From contig NIVC01004000.1 in the NCBI GenBank assembly GCA_002269645.1, forward strand, positions 1,789-65,788: a stretch of DNA of 64,000 bases, in the 5' to 3' direction. The notes under the pieces were generated by a model, which ran no database searches, was not told the DNA's origin, and was given only the letters and a program-made list of their open reading frames with translations. This DNA comes from Macrostomum lignano (Eukaryota). Of this stretch, positions 1 through 12,728 are shown one piece after another. Every line of letters begins with the position of its first letter. The first letter of the stretch is position 1. The position numbers and the translations under genes were made by a program.

Positions 1-251
1 TACCAATCTTATATCATACGGGTCAGTGAAAACTTTTGCTAATTTTTTTAGTATCAACTACTCGAACTGTACTCGGTTTTCGACATAAGATGACATGACA
101 TGCTTGGAATCAAATTAAAAGGATATTCAAATAGATTTAGCACACTTTTTGACTCAGAGTCTTGGCAAAATCATAATTGGATTCTGAACACATGAGCAGT
201 GATGGCAGGTACACTGACTCGTACAGATACAAATGACCACTCTTAAGTCAC

Positions 252-401
252 CTTCAAATTGCAAACGGCCACCCAAGACTGATCAGGGAAGTCTTGCAGT
301 AGCGGGATTAAGAACTGCAAGCAGGCATTCCAGTGGGCCAGCAGCAGCATCAGCAGTACTAGGTTAAATATGCCTATGAACTTATTTGCTATGTTCAGCA
401 G
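252..401 (-). CDS. HCN: HCN S4-S5 linker/S5/turret exon, copy b (150 nt, phase 0-0)
   Basis: [50 protein letters not shown]; acceptor ttgcag, donor gtgact. Confidence 0.9.
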
Positions 402-3400
402 CTGCAACATAAGATGGTGAAAGAGTGGAAAAATGTTATGCATAGTTCTAGCCTTTTTACAGTGAATCAGTCATCACAGCTTTGAACAGGATTTTAAATA
501 AAGTTCACTTTGAAATCGGTCGATAATTTTTCAAAAAACCTTTTTGAAATAATAAGCATTGTGTACATTTGAGAATTTATAGATTTTTTTTATATTTTCT
601 TGTGGTGTGAGTACTTTTAGCTGAGGATTTATCGATAATGTTATTTGTTTTCCTGAACTTATCGCCTAGTTAAATTTAGTTAAATCATTGAGTTTTTGCC
701 GACATCCGGTTAACGCAGTCAAATTAATTGGTGCTAGTCAGTCATTGCGTCAATTAAATTTAGAGCTGTCGTTTTTTATTCAGTGTTGTTGTTGATTATA
801 CCGTTTCGATTTCAAATTCTACAGAGTCAAATTCGTCAGTATGTAGCTATATGTTGCCATGGAGCAGCTAACAGCGAATGAACATCAACTTACAATTGAA
901 TAACCGCCACCTACCTAAGTACCTAAGTTACGAAATGATTGATTTTGTTGCATTATGATGCAAAGCAAAGCATGACACGAGAGTGGCAGAAAGATATAGG
1001 GTGAGAGGGAGACAGGAATACAGGCTGGCTGTAGAGACACAGAAGCTCACTTATTTCTTCGAATTTGAAGTGAAATTGGTAAGCTTTTTTACCCAAGACA
1101 CATGCGTTTCCTACCCGAGCAGAATGCAGTAAAGGTCTGAGCGTCTGAGCTAAGGACGTCTTAATCTTAGCTGACGAATTTCAGTTAGTCAAATTAGAAG
1201 TCGGTTGTCTCTACTCTACCAACGACACTAGCTTAATTCTTGCTTGTCGGGAAAAAGGCAACCAAGTTGATAATTTGGCCATAGACATCAGCAAAATAAG
1301 GATGCCAGTAGCAACGTCTTATAGAAATTATGCTGCCTTTCCCGTCTATGTCTCAGTCTCTGGGCAAGGCCAAATCTACTGCTGCCAAATGGGAAGTCTT
1401 AACTTGGTTGGCCTAACTATTAACTTGGCTGACAAAAGAAATACTTTGGCTTCTCTCTGCTGCTTACCTTTGCATTTCATAATCAAGACTTATTTTTTTA
1501 TATAATCTTCGTAGCTAGTAGCATTTTAATTCCAACCTCAGAAAAACACTATCGAAGTCTCATTATCGAAGTCAGGCTAACACAAACAGCCAATTAGGCT
1601 TGGAGTTATTGCAAAACTAGGCAGGTTCTAGTATCGGCATCTAGTATGCGCTAAGCGAGCGTGCGAACATCATCCGGTATTCGTGAATTGCCCGGGTCTA
1701 CCGATTGCAGTGAACTGCGGCTTCACCTTTAATCCTTCCTTGGTTACCCAAGAGTCGTCTGGGAAGTCGTTGAGAAACGGCACAAGGAATTGGAGGCAAG
1801 CGTTCCAGTGGCCAAGGAGCAGCATTATTAGAATCAGCTTTACTATTCCAAGGCACTTTGTTGCAACTTGCAATAGCTGAAATTTATATTGATTTCTTAC
1901 GTTACATTTTAGTGCACTAAATACTGGCGACTCGGAAAATGTAGTAAAATGTTTTATGCAAGTGACATGTGTTAGAAATGTACCAAACCAAAAAACTGCA
2001 GTAAACAAGGTGTTGTTACAGTAATTACAATTGATGAATTATGGGCGTTTAAAAATATCCTGGTATCTGTATGATATTGAGACGCAAAAGAGTTTGCAGC
2101 TTTGATAATAAAATCCACTCACCTCTTCCCATTGGCTGACATAGCGAACCAATCGCGAGAGCCGTAGCAGTCTTAGCAGGCTGAGCAACTTGGCTAGACG
2201 TAGGATCCTCAGTGCTCGACCTGGATGAGCAAGGATTTGATGGGCTTTGGAGCTGTGCGCTTAAGTTGGTTTAGGTTTATTTCACTTCTACATCAGAGTG
2301 AAAAAATGGGGCACCATTGGTGCTACTTGTCCTTGACCACTCTCATGGTGAGATATCGGCATATGGCAGCTGTTAAACTCACCCGCATGTACCAGTTGGC
2401 TAACATTGCCTCGCTGATTCAGAGCCAAAAATATATAATCCATTGGAATAGAGGACACTAGATCGAGAAAGAACCACGACTTGACGTAGTGTTGAGCTAT
2501 CAGCTTTGGATCCAGTATGATTTCGTCCGCGAAGTCGTTTGTTATTACGCCTGCAATATTTGATAAAATTTAGATGCTTAAATAGGAAGTATAGAGAGCA
2601 TCATGTCTTTCACAGGTGAAGGAAAAGTCTGGAAACAAACCGGTTCGAAAGTTGACGGCAATATCGCTTAAAAAGATGGTGTCGGACAAGCAGTTAAATA
2701 TGATCCAATGCGCGCTGAGGTCGTCGTTGAAGAACGATATCGCCACCGGTAGCACAACCAAGTTGGTTATCAGGAGGATCAGCATCAGGAGGTCCCAGTA
2801 GAAACTGAGAGTCACAAAGGAGGAAGCGGTGATGCATTTCCATTGAAGTCTGTCTAAAACTCTTCTTTGCTTAATTTTCAGAATGCGAGAGCTAACTGCA
2901 AATGAAATTGTACTATTAAATAAAGAACAATGTCTCATGCGCCTTGTCTGTCAGGCTCATTAAAATAATTTTCAAGCGGCTCTGCGGGAGCCGCGTATGT
3001 TCGCCTTTGATGCATGTTTTGCGTAGCTTTCCGCAATGGAAAGAAGTGAAACAAAGAATTCCACCCGGTCCACCCGGCAGCTGGAGGAATGTAGCGAGAG
3101 TGAAGTGCCTGAATGAGTGGAGGAACTTTCCATAGCTAGATGGTAGGCAAGTTGACAAATAGCACAACAATAGCATCTACATCGGTAGCGATGGAAGTAC
3201 CCCGTTAAGCAGCTATGATAAAGAGCCTTGGTGCTGTGTTTTGAAATGGAAATTACCCAACTGTCTAGTAGCCCGCCAACTCTAGACAGGAGAGAAGCGT
3301 GATGACGAATGATGGACAGTCAGGTTAATTAGGCCCATGGGTTGAGAGAGTGGAAGAGCATTGAAGAGTCGTGACTACAGTGTTCATGCTTTAGTTACTG

Positions 3401-4362
3401 GAAGCCGAGCCAAGCATAGTTGCTATACGTGTATAATTAGAGTAAAACTACAAATTGCTTGGACAATTGACTAACAGCCAATGTTAAATAAATACTGACT
3501 TCACGCCTTACCGAAAGTTGCTGCACGGATGAATGATCCATTTGCCAGACTGCTGCTGTCTCTGCTTCTCTTTTAACAGAGCGTTTTTATTGCCAAACAG
3601 CTTCATTGCCAGCTTGTTGTCCGACGGCTGGAAGAAGGCGAAGAACTGCTCTTTCAGGTAGCTGGACGTGCTCTGCTTCTGATCTTCGGGCAATTCACAG
3701 CCCGTCTCCAGCACTGCAGCATCGTCTAGTTGGCTGTTAGAGTCGCATTTCTCAATGCAATCGGGCTGCATGCATTGCTGCTGTTGCTGCTGTTGCAATC
3801 CGTTCGATGGCTGCTGCAGAGACTGCAGCGAAGGATTCTGCTGGAGAGTCTGCTGCCTTCGAAGGGAGCCAAGGCGGGAGCCGATGCGGGACCTCAGGCT
3901 GGGCCAGCGGCGCACTTTGGAAGAATTCCTGCTTGGACTGTCCTGCTGCTTCTGGCCCTGGGAAGAGTAGCCGGAAAATTCCGTGCACGACTCCATCGAT
4001 TTTGACGACTTCCGGTTTGGAGGAGACGCGGAGGTGCACACAGAAGAGGAGGCTGCGGCTGCCGAGTTGGCAGGTGCTGCCACGGATGATGAGGTGTCGA
4101 GCGATTTAAAGGCCCGCATAGCTTTCAAATCCGGACGGCGCGTTCTCGGCTGTGGCTCAGGCGGGGTCTGGGAGTGCTGACCGGAGGTTGCAGCTGACTG
4201 CTTGCTCAACAGGCGCAGCCCGAAATCATCAACAGGCAGAGACTCGCTGCGGTCTATCAGAGCAGTGGCGCTGTCGGAGTCTGCATGGTTTTGATGGGGT
4301 GGGTTTGGACTGGAGTCTGATTGGCTATAAAAGTCTTGCTTGCAGACCAATCTCAAAGTTGA
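252..4362 (-). CDS. HCN: HCN/Ih hyperpolarization-activated cyclic nucleotide-gated channel, 5' part (N-terminus to S5/turret); continues beyond window start
   Basis: Exons 4362-3512 (..[11 protein letters not shown]), 2804-2641 (S1-S2 [14 protein letters not shown]), 2550-2383 (S3 [30 protein letters not shown]), 2220-2123 (S4 [33 protein letters not shown]), then S5 exons 1876-1727 and 401-252. All junctions are GT-AG with compatible phases. True start exon not identified. Confidence 0.95.
1727..1876 (-). CDS. HCN: HCN S4-S5 linker/S5/turret exon, copy a (150 nt, phase 0-0)
   Basis: [50 protein letters not shown]; acceptor tttcag, donor gtgaag. Confidence 0.9.
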
Positions 4363-6711
4363 CTGGCAATGAAATGAAAAACATAGGAAACTGAATAAGA
4401 ATTTCGACCCTAATAAGATTCAACTGAGATGAAATCTCACTTCGCGAGCGTGCATAAGACTATCGTGAGACTGCATTGAGGATAAATAAATCAAGATGTA
4501 TGTTATTGTGCAGGATATTCAAACTACAAGCAACGGAAACGGGTTTCGTGACCGAATCTCCGGTATCAGTTGAGTCCCAGTTTCCAGACGGGTTCATGAA
4601 TGTTTCCCGACTAGCAAGCTAGAGGATAAAAGTGTACAGTTCAAGTTTTCGCGCCTGCATGGTGCTCAATATTCGATCAGGCCGAATTGAGACTTATTTA
4701 TCCTCAACTCAGCACCATAGTCGCAGAACTATGACAGGCAGTCATCGCTCAGTCAGAGTCAGCAGCGCGAGTTCTGTTAAACTTCGGCTAAATTTGACGG
4801 CCCAATTTGAGATGCCTCCGCCCGCGGCGAGTGCCACCAGTCAGCTAGGATCTAGATGCGGCTTAGTGCGCATCGAGATGCCGCTACGAGAGTATGCACT
4901 GTGCATCAGCTGGTATTGCATCGGCATAACTTGTTCTTGTGCAGACTTTTCAGTTCTACCGCCTACCAGATAGCTGACTTCATCCAAAAATGTCCTAATA
5001 CTATTCGTGTACTTTTATCATGTCTATGCACTATTAGCGTCAAATATCCATCTACATGTAGTGGCTAATAAATAGCATGAAATTAAAGTCAAACTAGAAA
5101 CTGATAGCTTCTTATTTTGACATTCAGTATTTTGAACTTGTTGACTATATGAAAAAATTAACATATTATATTACTAGTACACTACTTATGGAACACTATA
5201 ATTTTCAGTAGTATACCAAGAGAAAAAACGGTCAATTCTTTTAGTTTTGATCATGGAAAATGGCTGCTCGCCTTATACTCGTAGCCACGAATTTAACAGG
5301 TATAAAACACGCCCTTGCGACTCAAAGAGTTAGTAACAAGCGACAAGGACTAATAAAGTTTGTTACACTAAAACAAACAAGGATTGTGATACATGAGTTG
5401 ATAGGATTAACTCGAGGACTTCCTGAGTAGATGTTTCTTTCTTCGCAGTTTAGAGTCAAAAGGAACTCGTATAGATCTATAAATAAAAAAACATTCCCAA
5501 ACAGAAAAAAATATGAGTTCAAAGGCGGAGTCGCTGCAAAAAATCTGACTGCTCATCCTTGAGAATTTACTCAGCACTTACGCCCCCAGTATATCTATAG
5601 TGTACGGAGTCATCACGTGTTTCTTCGGGCGCATAAATACATATTACATATTAGGCTTTTTTCCGATCCTATTTTGCCTGAGACCGCGATCGAAAATTAG
5701 AAGGCCCTCGGGCTTCCGCCCCGGTCTCACCTGTCTCTCCCTTTGTGTCCCGTATCGTCTTCAAGCCAGGCTATCTGCCCACCCCAATGCGGTCTCTTGT
5801 TTCCCCTGTATATGCATGCTGTGTGCTCTAGACATCAACTAGTGCACAGATCACTGTCACTCAGATTGCAAATTGGGCTCGGGGTCGAGAGGGTTGACGA
5901 CTTCATCGGATTATATACAGATGAAAGCGAGAGGATCGGGCATGTGGTGAAAAAAATCTTGGGTGTGGAGCTAAGATAGGTTGGATAATTATACCGCAAG
6001 GTTACTGCAAATAATGGATGTCGCATTAAAGGCATGAATAATTCTATAGCACTGCGCCGAGCCCAGCGCACTCCCGATGGACTTGGTTTCCCTTACTAAT
6101 TTCCTTTGCCATGTATGCATCCTATGTAACGCCAATGGTACCGGCAACCATAAGAATATTGGACTTTTGTAATGCCACTAAGACAAACTCTAAGCTTTCG
6201 ATCGAGTCAATGGTGTATCAATTCCGGGTGGCGCTAAAAATCTAAAATCAAAATCATTTTAACAAACTCAATTCTCTAACTAGCCAATGCGTTTCGACAG
6301 TTATCTTTGCCCGCCGATGTTTGTCAACTAGAGGGGTGTTTCTCAGAGCAAATTTTTATCTTAGGTTCCAACGTAGCCCTGAGGTTAGGATACATAGGTG
6401 TTTTATGAACCAGACTCGAAGAGAGAAACAATCGAAATTAAGAGTGACAGTGTTTCATAAAAGAAGAGATAGTCTGTGGTGAACCCCGTCCCGATGTGGA
6501 CAAGGATTTGTCCTAAGTCGAATAGAATTGATATTTGACATATCTCAGCTCATCCACTGTGAAGAATATATGACTACAAACATTGACGGTCCGTAGCAAT
6601 TATCAGACGAGTGACTTGGCATTTGTCGGCAACTTACACTTCTATTGTCTAGACGAGAAATCCATGATCCCCACCAAGATGGCTCAGTCTTAACTGGCAT
6701 CGATGTTGGAA

Positions 6712-6921
6712 GTGACGATCGGTTAGATGTGACGAGGTTACAAGTGACGAGGTTATGTGACGAGGTTAGATGTGACGAGGTTAGAAGTGACGAGGTTAGA
6801 AGTGACGAGGTTAGAAGTGACGAGGTTAGAAGTGACGAGGTTAGAAGTGACGAGGTTAGAAGTGACGAGGTTAGAAGTGACGAGGTTAGAAGTGACGAAG
6901 TTAAAGGTGACGAGGTTAGAA
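6712..6921. repeat. 15-bp tandem repeat GTGACGAGGTTAGAA
   Basis: About 13 copies read directly; explains the SDEVR/TSSLL repeat ORFs. Confidence 0.95.
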
Positions 6922-8195
6922 GCAATATTGGAACGCACAAACAATTCAGTATAAAGTTCGTGCTCAACTTGGAAGTTAAGGATCAGCCCTAGGACGCAGT
7001 TTGTAAAACATCCACTCCCTTTGATCCATCTTTGCACATTGTGTAATTATTTTAGCGTAGCCTAGAGTTAATAGTTGTAATGTTTATTAACTTATTAGCC
7101 GATATCGTTATACACAGCGTAATGATCCAATCTGGAACATGGCCATATAGGTAAAAAAAACATCACAATTTGTAGAGTGTCAGGTGTACAGATCTTATGT
7201 ACTGTAGCCAATATTGAACTTCAAACTTTCTCTAATTGATCTGAATGCCTAACTAAGTTTTTCAAGAATGAGCTTTACTTTTATAAAGCAATAAACGCAC
7301 AGTAAAGGCGAAGAATAGATCAAAGGGTGACGTGGGTCTCTACCGAAGCGTACAGAGTGCATCATTTAATCTTTGGAGCAGCTTATAAACTAGTATAGCC
7401 TGGCTCCGAAATGCACTGCAATAACGCTGGAGCAGTCTATAAATGGCATGGACAATATTTTATAATAGCATATAATACATTTTTGTGTATAATAAATACA
7501 AAGCTATCGTACAGGATCAATGAGGTTTCTCAGTTCCAGTCTCTTTGTTGCCGGACTTACTATAGATTTATTCTCCTATCTGTTTCCTATCTGTATCTGT
7601 TTGTTACAGTTATCATTTTGCTACCAAGGTATTATTGATTCTCGAGCTTGTTAATAGATTCAGAGTGTCAGAGGTCGTCACATGCTCTCTCCTAAAATAA
7701 TAGATTTTCTGTTGTGACCTCACAACAACTCTGAAGTCGTGTGACGCGCCGTAGCTTTTTTGGAACTTGTCAGTAGGCAGCCAACAGTTTTTACAGCCGA
7801 GTGAGCTGAGGGTAAGTCGGACAGTTTTTTTGTATTTGTCTGACTCCAGACACCCTAGCTTCATCAAAGGCTTCATTGTAACACCTTCTCTACATCCGGT
7901 GTCTCCTCTGTTGTGACTGAAACAGTCGCACAATTCGCATTTGCTTCCTTGAAGCCTTTTTCTTTCCTGTGGCTAACATCATAATTCTATAATCCTTGTT
8001 TGTCCCTTTTCTACGAGTAAATAAAGAGAAAAAGTTTTTCCAAAGGACAGTTGTCACTTTGATTTAAGATTTGGATTTTAATCTCATCCTTACTTTCAAA
8101 CTTTCACCCTTTTAGGCTCTTTACCTCGGTTGTCACGAGCAATAGCTTGAACGTCTTTATCCCTTTCATATATGGTTCTCTTAAACATCTCTAGT

Positions 8196-8560
8196 AAGGG
8201 AGTCCGTAGCCCAGTGGTCAAGCGCGTCGCTCTGATCTGCCAGCGGCCGAGGCTCGAGTCCAAGTGCAGTCACATTAATTGTGGCTGAATTGGAATCTTG
8301 GCTTGGCTCTGCTCGTGCAATTAACGGCCTTGAGGGCCAACCCCCAAGGCACAGTGAAGTGTACATGCCTAACGATAAATAAAGTTAGGGCCGCTGTGCA
8401 CTCCTGTGTGAGTGTGCGCCTGTTTGTATGACTGAGTACGTATCCGCGCAAATGTGTGCCTGCTCAGGGGAGTCGGCGGAATGAGCAGCAATGCCTCTCG
8501 CCTGTTGTGTGACAATGTCACTTAAAGTGCGCCACAGCCCCCTGGCCTCTAATAAAAAAT
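8196..8560 (+). mobile_element. tRNA-derived SINE, family A
   Basis: Box A TAGCCCAGTGG, box B-like GGCTCGAGTCC, A-rich tail (TAATAAAAAA); colinear second copy at 56219-56580. Confidence 0.85.
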
Positions 8561-10629
8561 GACGTTACTGAGCTCGTGTCTCAGTGAGGCGCATGTATAT
8601 TGCTGTAGTCAGGAGAAAATAATCAGTATTCGTGAGCACTCACCACCGTATGGTGCACTGCCAATGGTCTGCTGTCGGATCATTTTTCTCAGCAGAGATC
8701 TGTCAGTTCTCGACTGCCCTGACCTCGAGGCCGCGGCTCTCGTGTAAATGTGCGCCGGAGACGCCTGCGGCATCATCGGCCTGCAGTCGTCGTATTCGTA
8801 GTTTATCATATTCTATTTTAGCGCGACTGAATATTGCACCAATAATCTCATGCAATATGAATCCAGTTCAGGTTTAAACCAGATTTTCAGCTTTAAAATT
8901 TATCACAGTACCGAGTGGCGCACGCAAGTGGAGACTCCTCGGTAAGACGGGAAAGCAAGCAGTAGAATGAATGCCCAGGAGAAATTCATCCGCTCCTGCT
9001 CAGTCCGTGCAGAATCGTGCAGACGCACTCCAATTGGTTGTGGCGCAGGCTCCGACTCTGGACTGTGGGAATTCTGCACGCGAATGAGCTTTCTGCATGG
9101 CCTGCGTGACTGCGAGGCTCAAGCGAAAGGCATGGCTGAGCAGGGCCGGGACATCCGCTCCCAACAAGTTCTCTCTAGGGGCTGCATCTGGATCTTTTGT
9201 CTCTGTTGCTTCTGAGTGGCTCAATAGGAATTCTAGCTGCCTTGCCTCCCCTTTGTCCCCTCCCCAGGGATGGCTGTGTACAGCACCTCTTCCAGTACGC
9301 AATAATCTGAGCTATGCAGATGTGCGTCTGTATGGGAATGACAATCGACAATCAATAATAGGCATAAAATTAATTGGGCCTTTGAACTCTTCCAATTAAA
9401 TTTCATACAGCTACTCTCTCCACCCGCTCACCATCTCCTCTTACTCTAGTAGCAGCAGCAGTGCAACATTACGCTCGGCTGCTTCGGGCGAAAAAGCATT
9501 GATTAGACTAGTGATTTTCAGTTATGTTGCAAACATTATTGAGAAACTGAAGGCCGCTACTCTGTGAGTGAATAAAAGGCATCACCTGAAAGGTGAGGCA
9601 AAGGGCGAGACAGGAGGGGGGCAGGGAAAGAGATTAAAAGCCGACAAGGGAGATAACGATGATTACAACTTGGCAGTCATGGGCTGAACCTGTCCAGTCG
9701 AACAATAATTACATCCCGGATTTGCAGTTGAATTACCTTCGCTGGCTTAATCAGTCGGAGCCATACGCTGCTCTATTTGATTTACTGGGATTTAGTATAG
9801 CTCTAGTTTAGTCCTAGGCGGTAAATCCGTTAGTACCTTGTGACCTTTCAATTTTGAAGCCAAAGTTCTGATGAGCTAACCCTAAAAATTATTTTATAAA
9901 TACTGTCATACGAGCGTAGTGAAAGTTTCTATCGATCCTTTCTCAATCCACACCTGGAGGCTTGCGGGCACCCGGGCCGCACTCATGCACACGCTCACAC
10001 GGGGTGTACAGTAAAGATTTATTCAAGATTGCACCTGATTGGGCACTCGTTATAAACGCTTTAGCAGTAAATGTTGTGTATATAGTGGCCTGTGTGATTA
10101 GTAATAAATGAGCTACATCCACGCATGAGCACTTGATCTGGCTCTCATCCGCTTCATTCTTTGTTTCCTGGGCTATTTTATTGCTATATGCTTTCCTGCC
10201 AAAGCGTGTCACTGTGTGGCACAATGCACTATCCGACCCCACAATCTCAGTCCGCAGCTGCTCGGTTCACCTATGTGCTTATTATTCCCCTACTCCCATT
10301 AAATCCCCATCCGGCCCTTCAATTGCCTTGCCCAGCTGCGTGCCTCCAGTCTCTCTGCCGAGGCAGTTGAGGCAGTAAAGCCAAGCCAAGGAGAGCCAGA
10401 GCCAGAATCTGGATGCGGTTTCTCATTCTATGCACAAATTTACTTTACAGTAGAAACACTCGGCTCATTGTTCAGGTCATTTCTACCGAACCTGAGTAAA
10501 TAACCATTGGATTCCAAGCAATAACCTGCAGTGAGCATGCAGTCGGAGGTCAAATAGGTTGTGTGTGTTGCATGACGCAAAAAAGTTTTTTAGTCGAAGT
10601 TTTGCCAGGGGGTTGTTGTGCAATTCACA

Positions 10630-10760
10630 CCTTTGATCGGCGATTCTTAGGGCACACAGAGTGTACGTGCCTGACGATTAGACAGTCAAAGGAACGCTGT
10701 ACACCCCGTGTGAGCGTGTGTATGAGTGCCTGTGTACGGTATTGGCGCGCTTGTTTGCTC
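10630..10760 (+). repeat. Dispersed repeat sharing the central domain of SINE family A (GATTAGACAGTCAAAG..CGCTGTACACCCCGTGTGAG)
   Basis: Related pieces at about 9962-10012(-), 21310-21430(+), 33785-33905(-), 45095-45900(-, interrupted) and 61955-62100(+). Confidence 0.7.
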
Positions 10761-11119
10761 TCAGCTTAGAGTTGTCTGAAAATATGAGGGATCTAGAAAG
10801 AGTTGCCACTCCAGTTTCTGGTTGCGAGGTTCCTTGGCCAAGCCTACGAGCTCCGTCTCCACCCGCCTTTGGCCATCGGCACATCCTTTTTCCTAACGTT
10901 CTGCGCGCTGAACTTCAGGCTGAGGTCAATAGCAAAGGAGAGTTGGACAAAGGAGTATTACTGAGAATGGCCCACTCGTACCCAAGCGCTGACTTATTCA
11001 ACAATGCCAGCACAAAGCGGCTTGGTTTTATTATTCTGCTCAGTGCTTTTGTGCGAAGCTGCCGTCCTCAAATTAGCTTCCTTGTGAGAATTGCACGTAG
11101 AAATTACAAACTAATACAT

Positions 11120-11425
11120 GGTAACCTAGTGGTTAGAGCGTCGGACTCACGACTTGAAGGTCGGAGGTTCGATTCCCGATCCCACTTGGAACAATTTGTG
11201 TCCTTGAGCAAGAGACACTTAGCTCTGCATTGCATCAGTTCACACAAAAAATGTAAAATGGGTGCCAGTATCAGCTGGGGTAATTGATGGTGTGTGTGGC
11301 GACCCCAAAGTCCTTTGACTGAACAGCCGTACGCAGCCTTCAGATGCGCCGCGCAATAGCTGCGGCTGAGCTTTCGGTTGCACATCTAGCCCAATTGGGG
11401 CAGGTGTAATCAAATGTTATTATTA
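11120..11425 (+). mobile_element. tRNA-derived CORE-type SINE, family B
   Basis: Box A TAGTGGTTAGAGCG, box B GGTTCGATTCCC, then GTGTCCTTGAGCAAG..CACTT..CAGTTCAC..TGTAAAATGGG resembling the MIR/CORE domain; three copies in the window. Confidence 0.85.
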
Positions 11426-12204
11426 CGGGTGTGCGACCGCTGAGTGCAGAACAAAACATTTTTTTTCAGAAATGCTGAAGTCGCCTGGACGGGAATATAA
11501 AATGCTGAATGCCAAAAATAGCCTCAGCTAAAGCCAGCATCGGTGACTATCTTACATCTTGCACTTAAATGCATTCGAATTCGAACTAAATCAGTTATTC
11601 GAGTTCCTAATCTTCTTCCATCTATGGAATGATAATTTCCCTGTCGGCACTCTGAAAATTTCCCAGGATGACTGGCTTATAGAAAGAGACAAGCGTGACT
11701 TTTCATCATTCTTTTTTTACCCAACCGAGCAAGTTGCCTTCGATAGGAAGACCCGCTCGAGTAGGCGAGCCCCGAGGGCAGTGCTGCTCGGGTTGCCTGT
11801 GAAGCTCTCAAGCCAACCCCTTGAGACCGCTACAATACTGAAGTCTCTTTGACTGACACCCCCTGAAGATGCTGGAGGTTCTGCAGGCTCGCATGGCTCG
11901 GCAAAAGGGAAGCAAAGTAAATGCTGTAGCATCAACTTTTCCATATTATCTATGCGCTCTGAAGTCCCTCTTGTTGAACCGGCTTCTACGAGTATCTACA
12001 ATTTCACGCAAAGCTACATGTAGTTGAGAGTGAGTAGACTTTTGACTGCAGGGAAAAATTTCCCCGACTTAATAGCGAAAAAGGCGGTTGGGATTAGTGC
12101 GATATGATTTAAACCTGTCGCAAGTACCAACTCAAGGACATTTGTACCTACCAACTAGAATGAGAAAGTGCGAGCCTATGAATCAATGTAAACAATTGAT
12201 TACA

Positions 12205-12488
12205 CCAGCCCTAATGGCCAGATGTGCAACCGACAGCTCAGCCGCAGCTATTGCGCGGCGCATCTGAAAGCTGCGTACGGCTGTTCAGTCCAAGGACTGG
12301 GGGGTCGCCACACCCTTAATTACCCCAGCTAATTAATGCTGGCACCCATTTTACAGCTGGGTGAACTGCAGCAATGCAGAGTTAAGTGTCTTGCTCAAGG
12401 ACACAAATTGTGTCTGAGTGGGTCGAGAATCGAACCCCGGGCGTTCCAGTTGTGAATCCGACGCTCTAACCACTAGACTACAACCCCT
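12205..12488 (-). mobile_element. CORE-type SINE, family B copy
   Basis: Reverse complement of the 11120 element including head and CORE. Confidence 0.85.
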
Positions 12489-12728
12489 TCTAGTCAGAGC
12501 CGTGAAATTCACCGATACTTCAATACGAAATGTTAACTTCTCCTTCATTACCTCGTATAAACCAATGTCTTGTGTAGCACAGCAGCCAAAATACATGCTT
12601 GGGAATTTTATTTTTAATCTGTACACCTATTATTGATTATTGAGACATGCAATAGAATTCGAGTAAATGTTGATTATGACGTCAACGCATAGTAATAATT
12701 AATTAATTGCCATCGAATACAGCAAAAA

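Noticed and set aside
5835-6000. VDDFIG as a reverse transcriptase catalytic motif
   Set aside because: No flanking RT motifs in any frame; too short to support.
7600-8185. Decayed coding-like segment on the minus strand (possible transposase)
   Set aside because: Several stops and no recognisable motif; cannot be assigned without a search.
11120-11195. tRNA gene
   Set aside because: A and B boxes are present but continue into a SINE body without a 3' acceptor stem or T-run terminator. The same holds for 8196, 12420-12488, 42128 and 56219.
8967-11944. Assorted 60-190-aa ORFs (8967, 9000, 9943, 10133, 10718, 11717)
   Set aside because: No homology, inconsistent strands, partly overlapping SINE fragments, and no convincing exon chain.
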